Assembly: GCF_009914755.1 (NCBI RefSeq)
Contig: NC_060941.1
Source: the human T2T-CHM13v2.0 reference genome, Homo sapiens
Strand: one strand, 5' to 3'
DNA length: 64,000 bases
Positions 1-44,170 of the stretch are shown one piece after another. The translations under genes and the position numbers were made by a program. Numbering within the stretch: the stretch's first letter is position 1; the number at the start of each line of letters is the position of its first letter. Below the pieces are notes generated by a model. The model made no database searches. It was not told where the DNA came from and saw only the letters and a program-made list of their open reading frames with translations.

Positions 1-78
1 AAGTCGCATGTATTCAGATTTCACTTTTCTTTTCCAGTAAGTGATACATTTGGAGGTAGGGGGATTTGGTATTTCCAT
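1..78 (-). CDS. EZH1: EZH1 first coding exon (partial, continues out of window): [26 protein letters not shown]
   Basis: Reverse complement of 1-78 translates to the recognised EZH1 (PRC2 H3K27 methyltransferase) N-terminus. Exon starts at 89 after acceptor ctctcttag; ATG context caagATGg. Confidence 0.96.
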
Positions 79-269
79 CTTGCTGTAATCTAAGAGAGAC
101 AGAGATGAGAAATAGCATTTTATTGCCTGGAAATAAAGCATTCCTCAAATACAAAAAAAAAAAAAAGATCAATTATGCTTTCATTCCCATTAAATTTACT
201 CATAAAAACACACATTTAAAGAACCCAAATGTGTGAGTTCAACAGAAAGTTTCAATTTAAAAAAAAGAG

Positions 270-1200
<931 letters not shown>

Positions 1201-1590
1201 AACAAAAAAAAACAACAACAACAAAATTTCACATCAGCAATTTGTGGTCCAATTATCAAAAAGCTTAGCCTCTGTCCTCCTGTGGTATCTTGTTTTTAAT
1301 TTAGCACTCAAGAAGTTCTCCCACAGGTACTAGGAACTTGGATTACTTCAAGATATGGAAGTCTTCTCTTTACTTTGAGTAAGAGAAGTGGTCAGCAAGA
1401 ACCAAGTTTGCATCCAAGGGTTTCATGGAAAGATCCACCCATGCTACAAAACCATACTGCCAAATGGTCTAAATTTACCACATGCCTAGTAATAAAAGTA
1501 GGATATGACAGCAGTATAATCTCATCTCCAAGTCAGCAGCAAGACATATGGAAATAGATAGCAATGCAAATCCCCCTTTTTGGTATTTGA

Positions 1591-1933
<343 letters not shown>

Positions 1934-1965
1934 AAGAAGTATGTATTCTAATATACTTTACCTAC

Positions 1966-2056
1966 CTTATAGAATGCAAGGGGAAGTGTTGGGTTTTACA
2001 GTGTGCCTCTGTTCTTCAGGAGAATGGCAGGACACAACAGCAGAACAGGTGTCCAG
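1966..2056 (-). other. EZH1: EZH1 5'UTR exon 2 (91 nt)
   Basis: Minus-strand acceptor tctcttttgaaaag|CTGGACAC and donor CTATAAG|gtaggt; matches the EZH1 mRNA leader as I recall it. Confidence 0.85.
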
Positions 2057-2258
2057 CTTTTCAAAAGAGAACAGACAGTGGTTCTATTAAGTTAGTGCAG
2101 CAAGTTAGACCCTGACACCCTCAGTAGGATTTTCCCCCAGAATCAGAAAGACTTCAAGGTTTCTCCTACTATTTTTGTATGTCTAAGACAGGTCCCTATA
2201 ATACTTGATGCCATTTGGGAAGAGGCCCTTTACTTTATTAAATTCTATTTTTTCATAA

Positions 2259-6446
<4,188 letters not shown>

Positions 6447-6799
6447 TCAGCCATAAGATGAGTTTTCACCACAGCTGGACCCTAACCAACAATTATCATA
6501 TCAAAGTTAAAAAAAAAAAAGGGAACAAATAAAAAACTTAGCATTCACTAGAACAGGCAGATTTGGAGAGATGGATTCATTGGTGTTGGGCAAAGGGAGT
6601 GGCACACAAAAAAATACTTTATATTTCTACCAGATCTATTATTTAGTTACTTACACATGCAAAACAGCACTTATATTCCAGTTAGGTACTTAGCTAGTAC
6701 TTAACAGCCTTTCATTATGTTCATCTACACATTGAAGATAAACTCCAAAACATATGCTGTTTTGATCAAGAAATTAAAAAATATTTATATAAGCAAGTC

Positions 6800-8080
<1,281 letters not shown>

Positions 8081-8120
8081 TTCTGCTGGCCAGTTGCAGA
8101 ACAGGAACTCCCTGTACTAG

Positions 8121-14905
<6,785 letters not shown>

Positions 14906-15699
14906 AAAGTACTTATCTCCTAACACACACTCTCTCCTATGTAAGTAATCTCTTTTATCAGTGGCATATCTGGGGATTCCAAGACTTAAAATAGACAAGC
15001 TTTCACAGAAACCTCTAATAGGGTTAGCACCTTCTCAGGCTGGAAACCTCCTTCAATATCAGTTTCCTAAATTTAAAAAACATGGGGTGTGGGAATTTTT
15101 TTATTCAGCGGCAGTATGGCAGCAAACGTGGAGGAGACTCGCGTTTTCATTGCCATCCTTGCACCCACCTAATTGTTAGTGTACCTGAGCTCCTTTGCTT
15201 TCATCCTCCCCTGCCAAGCGTCAGGTTCCTATCGGCCTGGGCTACATCACATACAACCCTGTATTTCACCCTCCATATTCCTTCACATTCCACGGGGGGC
15301 ACTAACATCCTTCAGGTATCCCTTCCCTTCCCTGCTCAAGAAACAATTCCTCAGTAGTCACTTTTTATTGAAATAAAAGTTTGTCCCACATTTCCTAACA
15401 GGCATGTCCCAAATACAACACCTTGTCTGTGCTTCAAGGCACTTTTATTTATATCATTTGATCCTCGGTTGAATGGTGGGGGTGAGCGATCATTGGCGTG
15501 AGACCAAAAGTCTGGAGTGAAGGAGATTCTTGCTCAGGGCCAGGCCTGGGGTGAGGCGACCGAGGCACCCAGGACGCACGTGAGGAGGCGCTCACTGCAC
15601 TTGCGCGACCCTGAGTCAGTGCTCCTTTACACTTTGTGCCTTGGGAGCCTTACTCACCTCACCCTAGTCCCGGCCTTGTTTTTACTGCTACCCCTCCTC

Positions 15700-16460
15700 A
15701 ACATCCCCGAAAGCCATCGCAAGATCAGCCCCGGTCTCTAGCCCTCCCCAAGCACAGCTCCAGGTCCCCAGAGTCCACCTCGCTAAAGGCCCCCGCAGGT
15801 GCCACCGCCCTCCCGCGCCCTTTGGGCGCTGGGGCTCCCGCCCACCGGCCCACACCGCCATCCAACGGGATTCCCCGTCCCCGAGCCCGCCCCCGCCGCT
15901 CCTCCTCCCGGGCACACAGCCCTCGCAGCCCCAGACGCTGTCCTCGCCTGGGTCTCTCTCGCCCCGTCGCCCCCATTCCCCCACCCTCGGAATGAGGAGG
16001 GGCGCCTGCTACCCCCGGCCAGGCAGGCAGTGTGTCCCTCGGATTCCTTCCAATTTCCTGATCCCTCCGCCTCTCCCTCCCTCAGGCCCAGGGCGGCGAG
16101 GGGAGGAGGCCCGGCCCCACCGCCCGGCCCAGGCTTGTTTACTCACTCACCCTCCATCCCGAGCCGCGGGTCCCGCTGCTAGGACGCATGCGCGCCGCGG
16201 CCCCACCCCTGCGCCGTGCCCCGCCCCGCGCCTCCTGTCGGCGCGTGCGCATTGACTTACCCGTGCCGCGCGGACGCACTACTGTCATTTGCCGCCAAAA
16301 CCCCGCACTCAGGAGTCCTGGCGGGTGCAGCCTCCCAGACGGCTTCCAAAGCGGCGCTGGCAGGGGAGGGGAAGGGCTCTGGGGAAACCTTCGCAGAGCC
16401 ACTAATATCTTCCTGAAGACCCTATTCAGCGGATTTGCCATCCCCACGCGCTGGTGACAA
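15700..16460. promoter_or_regulatory. CpG island / EZH1 promoter with NRF1-like motifs (~16185-16192, ~16241-16251) and GC boxes (~16218-16228)
   Basis: High GC and CpG density; cgcatgcgcg, gcgcgtgcgca and ccccgccccg seen directly; AP-1 site TGAGTCA at 15612-15618 just downstream. Confidence 0.85.
16151..16195 (-). other. EZH1: EZH1 exon 1 (5' boundary approximate)
   Basis: Minus-strand GGGATGGAGG|gtgagt consensus donor inside a CpG island, next to an NRF1-like GCGCATGCG. Confidence 0.82.
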
Positions 16461-16649
16461 GCCACATCTCACTTCAGCGTTTGAAGCCAACCCAGATCAC
16501 CTTCATACCGATGCTTCACCCCTACCAGTTCTCCAGACACCGGTCTATGGGTTCTAAGCCCTTTATTTATGTCTGATCTCCCTATTTCTGTTCATAGTTT
16601 TCTAGTCACTTAGAATCAAAATTATAGCCTTGTATCGAAATAAATCCCC

Positions 16650-18010
<1,361 letters not shown>

Positions 18011-18368
18011 TAAAATGCAAAATAATAACATCTTGATTTTGATTTTGTCTCAAAGTGTATAATTAGAAAAGCTTATAATGTTCATTTTTTCAAGTAATCT
18101 TCATAACAACTGTATGAAGTACGTAGGGCAACTTCAGTTTACACATCAGGTTATTCTGGCCTAAAGGAGTTAGAAGACTTGCCTTACACAGATGAATAAT
18201 TCTGTCAGGTCTTAAACTCAGGTCGCTGGATTCCAACCAGATTTAGTGTTCTTTTCCTTATATAAAAACTTTGCTGTTTTTCCCTTGCCCCTATCCATTT
18301 AACTACCAAATCAAGGAAAATATTCCTTTATACTGGCATTCCTTTCTGTTCCCGCTGCCTTCAAGATA

Positions 18369-18843
18369 AGTGGTTCTCAAACTTGGCTCACACTTGGGGA
18401 GCTTGGGGAACTTTGTTTTTGAGATGGAGTTTCACTCTTGTTGCCCAGGCTGGAGTGCAATGGCGCGATCTCAGCTTACCGCACGCAACCTCTGTCTCCC
18501 AGGCTGAAGCGATTCTCCTGCCTCAGCCTTCCCGAGTAGCTGGGATTACAGGCATGCGCCACCATGCCTGGCTAATTTTGTATTTTTAGTAGAGACAAGG
18601 TTTCTCCATGTTGGTCAGGCTGGTCTTGAACTCCCGACCTCAGGTGATCCGCCCGCCTTGGCCTCCCAAAGTGCTGGGATTATAGGCGTGAGCTACCGTG
18701 CCCAGCCAAGGAGTTTTAAAACTACTGATGCCCACCTCCCACACCCAAAAGTCTGATTAATTGATCTAGGGTATGGCCTGAGCTTCAAGAGTTTTTAAAG
18801 CATCCAGGTGATTACAATGTGTAGTGAAGTTTGAGAGCCACTG
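18369..18843. mobile_element. MER5A-like hAT DNA transposon split by an Alu (~18415-18707)
   Basis: Terminal inverted repeats agtggttctcaaact ... agtttgagagccactg. Confidence 0.78.
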
Positions 18844-21576
18844 CACAACATTAATAATTGTTGGGAGAAAGACTGTGGCTTTAGCTAGGGAGAGCTGTCC
18901 AGAAGATCTGAATGTCAGGAGAGAGACTAGTGAGAGATTTGGAAACCATCAACATATTGATGGTAACTGAAGCCACAGAAGTGGACAACACTGCCTTAGG
19001 AGAAGATGCCAAATAACAAGAGAGTAGATACAAAGACATTTTGACATAACAAAGTATGGTTACAGAAATATTTTCAGGTGGAAAGGAAGTTGAAGGGATT
19101 TATGCCAAAGCTGTAGATCAGAATCTGATCTACAGCCTAACCTAAGTTCCCTCTCTTCATTAAACCTTCTAGCCCTCCTGGATTTCCCAGCCCTTCAACT
19201 TCAGTATCACTTTACACTCACTACTACACTGTATATCTCTTTCACCTCCACCATGATAGGACTACACACAGGGCTTAGTAACCCTCATTCATGGAAGGAT
19301 TACAAAAATAACTTTCAGCCAGGCTCAGTGGCTCACACCTGTAATCCCAGCACTTTGGGAGAATGAGGCAGGCAGATTGCTTGAGTTCAGGAATTTGAGA
19401 CCAGCCTGGGCAACACGATGAAACCCCGTCTCTACAAAAAACACAAAAAAATTAGCCAGGCATGGTGGTGTGGGCCGGTAGTCCCAACTACTCAGGAGAC
19501 TGAGGTGGGAAAATCGCCTGAGTCTGGGAAGTCAATACTGCAGTGAACCATAATTGCATCACTGCACTCCAGCTTGGGCAATGGAATGAGAACCTGTCTC
19601 AATAATACTAACAATAATAATAAAAACAACTTTCCACACCACCAATAAGCGTGAGGTTCTTGGAGGAAAATTTGTTTGCCAGTTGCTTCCTCCTTATTGT
19701 GATGAGAGAGTTTTTCCTGAGACCAGACCCTTTCTTAGCTGACATTTCCTGAGACATTATCAGCCAAACTTTAGCTAGCTCTTCTTCTACAATTCTTTTT
19801 CTTTTGCAACCCTTCAGGTCTTTGTCCTGTAAATTCGTAGAAAAACTGCTGGCAAGTGGTCAGCAACTGGACCTTTGAAAAACAGTACAATCACCCCTGC
19901 CCCACTCCTCCCGGCCCCACCCCCAGGCAGTTAATGGGAGAAGGGAATAACTGTGTCACTCCTGGCTTCCAGTTGCTCATCTTGCTTTAAATTGGAGGCC
20001 TCTGGGGCTGAAAGAAACTGGACAAAGTGTGCTAAGTAGCCTAATAGGGCTGGTTCTTTTTCTGAAAGTTCCCTATTGCAGAAAAATAAAATTATGTGTT
20101 TAATTTTTGAAACCTGATGCCTGATTTGCCTTGGCAGCTACTCTCCTGGGCTTGGCCCAGAGTCCAGCAACCCTAGTATACTGATTAATACCAGCTCAAC
20201 TTGCTCCCTGGGGAAGAAGAGCATTATTTACTTGACCGTTTTCTTAAATCCTTTTTAATTTCCTTATATTTTAGCATAATCTTCTTGGCTTTAACATGCT
20301 GTATCTTTGACCACTGGCCCCAGCGAAGCCTTAGGGAAGACCGCTCTGCTCTGTACACTCATATCCCCATCACAAAGCAAGATTGTGTTCAAGCCCATGA
20401 TTAGAAATGACATGTCACGTGTTCTAGTCCTTCTGGGACGGGCGAGTTCTAAGTGTACTTTCGTCCCCTGCTGGTCCTCAGGCCACTGGTAGAAAGGGAA
20501 GGAGATGATGCTCCTCAGAATCCAAACAGAGCTCTCTGCACTAGTATTCCTGCCTTCCAACCTGAGCCCCCTTCGGACAGTGACCCATTGGCCTGTTGCG
20601 CCCCTCCCTTGTAATGCCCACAGAGATATCAAACAGCAATTTTCAGAGGGGACACAGCAGACTGAGGAAAGGCTGGGCCACAGACAGTCCCTGACAGGGA
20701 ACTGTAAACACAGCTGTGGAGATGGGAGCAAACCATCCTCCCTCCCCCAGTTCCAACCCAGAAGCAGGGAAAGGCCACCCTGCCATGAAAAAACAAACAA
20801 GAAAACAAAGCAAAGCACAACCCAAAAGCTGCACGAAGGTCACCAGAAACTGGGGCTGCTGCCCAGGACTTGGTGGGGCCCGTTGAAGTGCCAGACCCCT
20901 CCCTGAACACTTAGAGGTGAAGGCAGCTCCAAAGCAGTTGAGATCTGGACATTACAGAGCCTGGAAACAGGGCTCAATTTTTGAAGCCTCTCCACTCCGG
21001 ACACTTTGTCCTCTGATCGCAAAATCCTAGCTGTCTGTCTTACATACTTAGCTCCTGACCCCTAGTTGCTTAGGGATCATAATAATGAATTCAATTCAGC
21101 AAGTAAGAACAGGCCCGCAATAAACCCTTGTCCATGGCTGTTATAAGTTTAAACTCTGAGTCTCCAAACCAAAATATCAGAAAGGGCTTCCAGTCTTTGT
21201 TAATTACAAAATAAATAATTCCAGCAGGAAGGGACTTTCTCTTTTGGGCACTCATTTGGGTGGAAGTCATGCCTTGATTTGCACATACCCTCAAGCCTCC
21301 AACCCCACAGCTAGGGTGGTGCTGCTGGTTCTTGCTCTCAGCACAGTTAATGCAGGGTCTTGATCCCTAAGCTACAGCCCTGCCTGGGAAGTAGCTCTGA
21401 TCGGGTGGACAGTTAACGAGCTGTGCTTCCTTTTTGGCCATTAGGGTCCTCAACTGTGAAAATGAAATGGCAGAACAAGAGAAAATGGTAACAGCTTTCA
21501 AATACTGAGTACTAACTATGTACATGACACTGTCCTGAGAGCTTTATATCTGATTTCATATGAATCAGGAATATTC

Positions 21577-21870
21577 TTTTTTTTTTTTTGAGGCAGAGTC
21601 TCGCTCTGTCGCCCAGGCTTGAGTGCAATGGTGACATCTTGGCTCACTGCAAGCTCCGCCTCCCGGGTTCATGCCATTCTCCTGCCCCAACCTCCTGAGT
21701 AGCTGGGACTACAGGCGCCTGCCACCATGCCTGGCTAAATTTTTTGTATTTTTAGTAGAGACGGGGTTTCACCGTGTTAGCCAGGATGGTCTCGACCTCC
21801 TGACCTCGTGATCTGCCCGCCTCGGCCTCCCAAAGTGCTGGGATTACAGGTATGAGCCACTTCACCCGGC
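21577..21870 (-). mobile_element. AluY inserted in a MIR, TSD tgaatcaggaatattctt (21561-21578 / 21871-21888)
   Basis: Exact TSD; MIR core (ccccactttacagctgaggaaact) resumes afterwards. Confidence 0.88.
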
Positions 21871-22599
21871 TGAATCAGGAATATTCTTATCCCCACTTTA
21901 CAGCTGAGGAAACTAGGGTTTAGAGAGATTCTATAACCTGCCCCAGGTCATCCAGCTGGTAAGTGGTATGGCCAGGATTTGGGCTGAGTTATTCTGACCC
22001 ACCCAATCAATGCTCTGAACCACTCCACTATACTGCCTCCCTTCTCTGAGGTCGTCTAGCTCTGACATCATGATTCTGGATTTTCTCCATTGCTTTCTGC
22101 TCTCACCAGTGGTGCCAGAAAGAGAACGTGTTTGGGACTCTAGTCTGCAAGTCCAGAGGAAAACAGCTCCTGAAAGTTAAGGGGCTCCTTACTTCCTCTG
22201 TACTGGAGACGCCAATCAAAGCTGGACACTTGACAGACCCCCATATCAACAGGGAACATACAGCCTGTGTGGAAGAAAAACAAATCCTAGCCAGACAGGA
22301 AAAGGGAGTCCCCTGTTTCTGTGACTTCCCCTTCTCTCTTCCCTATCAGCAGGGTCCCACACTGCTGATGCTGTGGCCTTTTGAACCCTTCTGTGGCTAG
22401 GATGAAACACCAGGCTACAGAGACACTTTGGGAGCAAGAGAAGTGGCCATTGTATTCACAGTACACACATCTACAAATTATATCCATGATACTGTATGTA
22501 AAGGAGCAAAAATAAATCACATTTATTTATACATTTAACAAGTTGCTTTTAGTATTTATATTATCACTAGACATTGCACTGTGTAGGAATCCCATGTAA

Positions 22600-23520
22600 T
22601 CCTGGCAAAATGCCTGGGAGTCAGGTATCATCCACATTTTACAGAGAAGAACACTGAGGCTCAGGGAAATGGACAACATTCTCCATGGCCCCAGGCTGGT
22701 AAGAAGGAGAGCTGGAATTCAAATCCAGACTAGGTCTGTCTGACTCCAAAATCTGTATTTGTTTCAATAAAAGGAGTGTTGTATAGTAAAAAGAGCAAAA
22801 TTATGAAACTGTAAAGATCCCAGAATATCTTGGAAATATAATTGTCATAATTATATGTGTTACACATTATGATAGTAACTTCCATTTATTGCATGCTTAG
22901 CAGTGCCAGGCATTGGGCCAAATGCTTTACATAGTTCATCTGTACCGCTCAGCGAGATACACGCTAGTGATCCCATTTTGCAGATAAGATGACAAGCTCA
23001 GAGGAGTTAAGTAACTTACACAGTCTTTTTTTTTTTTTTAGACGAAGTCTTGCTGTGTCGCCCAAGCTGGAGTGTAGTGGTGCAATCTTGGCTCACCGCA
23101 ACCTCCGTCTCCCAGGTTCAAGCAATTCTGCCTCAGCCTCCCAAGTAGCTGGGATTACAGGTGTGTGCCACTGCACCTGGCTAATTTTTTGTATTTTTAG
23201 TAGAGACAGGGTTTTACCACATTGGCCAGGCTGGTCTTGAACTCCTCACCTCAGGTAATCCGCCTGGCTCAGCCTCCCAAAGTGCTGGGATTACAGGTGT
23301 GAGCCACCATGCCCAGTCGCACAAAGTCTGATACAGCCAAATAAGCGATGGAGCTGGGATGCAAACCCAGGTTTACTTGACTCCAAAGTGTGTGCTCTTA
23401 AGCACTAAGGCAGTAGTAAGAATAATGTAGTATTAACTATGGGCCAAGTTGTGCTTTAAGTGCTTTATACCTTGTAACTTACAGATATTATTATCACCCC
23501 CATTTTACAGATGAGGAAAA
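22600..23520. mobile_element. MIR fragments plus one Alu
   Basis: MIR core cccattttacagatgaggaaa-like motifs at ~22635, ~22972 and ~23499. Confidence 0.7.
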
Positions 23521-23861
23521 TATTGCCTTTTGTAACATTACTTATGCTCACATTACAGACATCACACCCATGTGTTAAACACCCATATGTTACTAGTGTC
23601 ATGTTTGCTTAACATATGTTGGATCCTTGCTTATCATCTAGAAAATAATGTATTTTTTTTTCATTGTCCATCTAATGTGTTAATGTGTCTTGCAGGAAAG
23701 AATGTGAAAAGGTACTGTCTATAGACAAAGTAAGCATAATCAGGAGAGGGACAGTACTGAGTGGGGAAAGACCTGTGTGCCCTGAGGGGCCCTGTCAGGT
23801 TGCCCTTCTAGCCAATCTTCCTCATTCTTTCCTATTCAATTCTCTGTAGCAAGTTGACTTC

Positions 23862-32400
<8,539 letters not shown>

Positions 32401-32402
32401 CG

Positions 32403-32499
32403 ATGGCCTCGCTCCGGGTGGAGCGCGCCGGCGGCCCGCGTCTCCCTAGGACCCGAGTCGGGCGGCCGGCAGCGCTCCGCCTCCTCCTTCTGCTGGGCG
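32403..32499 (+). CDS. RAMP2: RAMP2 exon 1 coding part (signal peptide)
   Basis: ATG at 32403; donor GGCG|gtgagc. Confidence 0.96.
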
Positions 32500-33993
32500 G
32501 TGAGCGCGGCGCCCCGAGGCCCGGGCGGGAGGCGCGAGAGGCCCCGGAGGGGAGAGGGGAGAGGGGAGAGGGGCTGGATGGCCGAGGCCGGAACGGGCCC
32601 TGGGGTGCGGGTTAGGACCGACGTACCTAGCAGCACTGGCCCTCGGACGGTCCCTGACCCCACCTCGGGGCGGGCGCAGCATGAGCTGCTTCCCACCCAG
32701 GGAAAGCTGGGGTGCTGGCCCCGGCCCCTCGAAGAGGGCTTAGGAGGACGGAAGCTGGCCAGAGATGAGGGGGCTTTGGGCCTGGGTGTGAGTGACAAGG
32801 AGCTGGTGCCAGCCCCTCCCTCCCCGGCACTGAGGCGTCCGTGGGGGCTAGATTATTCCTCCTTTTCTTCCAAGGTAGCCTATTTTCGGAGGGTCTCAGT
32901 CCCCCAACCCCCCTCGCAGGCTCCACTGCCGGGGTCCCCGCTATGTTACCCTCCTCTCCCGTTTCTTCCCACAGCTGTCCTGAATCCCCACGAGGCCCTG
33001 GCTCAGCCTCTTCCCACCACAGGCACACCAGGGTCAGAAGGTGGGTACCCAGGGTGTGGAAGGGTGGCCGAGGGTAAGGACGAGAGCAAGTTCAGTGGGG
33101 AGGGTTCCTTTCCCACGAGGCCTGCCCAACCCCAGCTGATGCCCCACTACACTCCCCTCTGTTCTTTCTTGGGGTTCCTCGTGGTCTTTCTCCCTGTCCT
33201 CCTACAAAGCCCCTGCACGGCTCTGAGCTGCCCACCTCACAAGTGGGCGAGAAGACCCCAGGAAAAGGTGTACGTGGAAGTTCTTATCAGGCTGGGATGG
33301 AAAGTGCTTAGCACATGGAAGTCATTATAGGATTCCTGAGCTGGGACTCTGTCCTCAGCCAGAATGTTTTGCTAGGGAAACTTTCTGAAGGGTTCCCACG
33401 TTTGAAGACAGGCAGTTCACCTTGCAAGCACCTGGGCAGGAGGGTTTGTAGGGAGGGGTAGGGGTGTGGTCATTGTGTAGCATCTGTACCTACAGGGGGG
33501 ACGGTGAAGAACTATGAGACAGCTGTCCAATTTTGCTGGAATCATTATAAGGATCAAATGGATCCTATCGAAAAGGATTGGTGCGACTGGGCCATGATTA
33601 GCAGGTAGGGGCAGTGATGGAGGGTGGCTCAGGCCAGGGGGTGGACCTGCTCATTGCAGGTAGACCCTGAGTGAGAGTGGGGCACTCTTCTCCCTGGGTC
33701 CACCCCCTCTCTCACTCAAGTCCTCTTCTGCCCCTAGGCCTTATAGCACCCTGCGAGATTGCCTGGAGCACTTTGCAGAGTTGTTTGACCTGGGCTTCCC
33801 CAATCCCTTGGCAGAGAGGATCATCTTTGAGACTCACCAGATCCACTTTGCCAACTGCTCCCTGGTGCAGCCCACCTTCTCTGACCCCCCAGAGGATGTA
33901 CTCCTGGCCATGATCATAGCCCCCATCTGCCTCATCCCCTTCCTCATCACTCTTGTAGTATGGAGGAGTAAAGACAGTGAGGCCCAGGCCTAG
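32403..33993 (+). CDS. RAMP2: Receptor activity-modifying protein 2, 175 aa; join(32403-32499,32975-33040,33496-33604,33738-33993)
   Basis: Spliced ORF MASLRVERAGG...FCWNHYKDQMDPIEKDWCDWAMISRPYSTLRDCLEHFAE...LLAMIIAPICLIPFLITLVVWRSKDSEAQA*. All introns GT-AG with [16 protein letters not shown] (97+66+109+256=528 nt). Confidence 0.98.
32975..33040 (+). CDS. RAMP2: RAMP2 exon 2
   Basis: ttcccacag|CTGTCC...GAAG|gtgggt; AVLNPHEALAQPLPTTGTPGSE. Confidence 0.96.
33496..33604 (+). CDS. RAMP2: RAMP2 exon 3
   Basis: cctacag|GGGGGACG...GCAG|gtaggg; GTVKNYETAVQFCWNHY...AMIS. Confidence 0.95.
33738..33993 (+). CDS. RAMP2: RAMP2 exon 4 coding part (TM helix, stop)
   Basis: cccctag|GCCTTAT; TAG at 33991-33993. 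Confidence 0.96.
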
Positions 33994-34159
33994 GGGGCCA
34001 CGAGCTTCTCAACAACCATGTTACTCCACTTCCCCACCCCCACCAGGCCTCCCTCCTCCCCTCCTACTCCCTTTTCTCACTCTCATCCCCACCACAGATC
34101 CCTGGATTGCTGGGAATGGAAGCCAGGTGGGGTCATGGCACAAGTTCTGTAATCTTCAA

Positions 34160-34165
34160 AATAAA
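34160..34165 (+). terminator. RAMP2 polyadenylation signal AATAAA
   Basis: AATAAA about 166 nt after the stop, followed by a T-rich tract. Confidence 0.85.
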
Positions 34166-34738
34166 ACTTTTTTTTTGTACAATGTCCTTCTCCCCATTTC
34201 AGTGGAACCTGTGTCCTTCCCTGCCACTGCCACAGGCCCTCAGCCCTGGGTAGTAGAACTGGAAAAATCTGGATGGCCCATTGTTCTGTTCATTTCACCT
34301 GCCCCCCTGCTCCCTGCCTCCATGAAGGTCACACCCCTATATTCTTTCCTCCCAGGCGGGCCTTTCCTGCCTATATCCAAACTCGGCTCCAGGAAACAAG
34401 CAGGAAGAGACTCCCTTCCGGTCTGGACAGCAGCTGGGGGCCTGCAACTGGGGAGGTGTGGGGGAAGGGGCAAGGGAGGAATCTCTGCTTGTGACTCCTG
34501 CAAGAGGAGCAGGAGGCTGCCCAGGAGCCCTGACTATTCCTCTTCTTCATGCTTCAGTTTACTCACAGGGCCTGGGAAGAGGAACCCTGACTGAGCAACA
34601 GGAATCCATTCCTAAGGCCCTCACAATTGAGGGAGAAAGCAGTGGGGGCTTCCTTTACTAGGTTCACCACCCCTCTCCATGTCCCTTGCCCTCATCCTAC
34701 ATTGTCCTGGACTGGGTGTGGCCTGCAGCCTAGCAACA

Positions 34739-34757
34739 CACTGCCCCCTGGTGTCCA
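34739..34757 (-). promoter_or_regulatory. Candidate CTCF motif (TGGACACCAGGGGGCAGTG on minus strand)
   Basis: One mismatch to the CCASYAGRKGGCRS core; motif only. Confidence 0.5.
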
Positions 34758-34869
34758 CTAAAGCCAGCAACCAGAAGACGTATCTGATCTGGAAGAAGCT
34801 CAAGGCTGAGGAGCACTGGACCCTGGGGTCAGAAAACTGCCATCTCTACAGCAATCACTAGTTCCTTGT

Positions 34870-44170
<9,301 letters not shown>

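Noticed and set aside
33977-34594. 205-aa ORF overlapping the RAMP2 stop
   Set aside because: Starts at GTG and runs through the poly(A) signal, so it could not lie in the mature mRNA.
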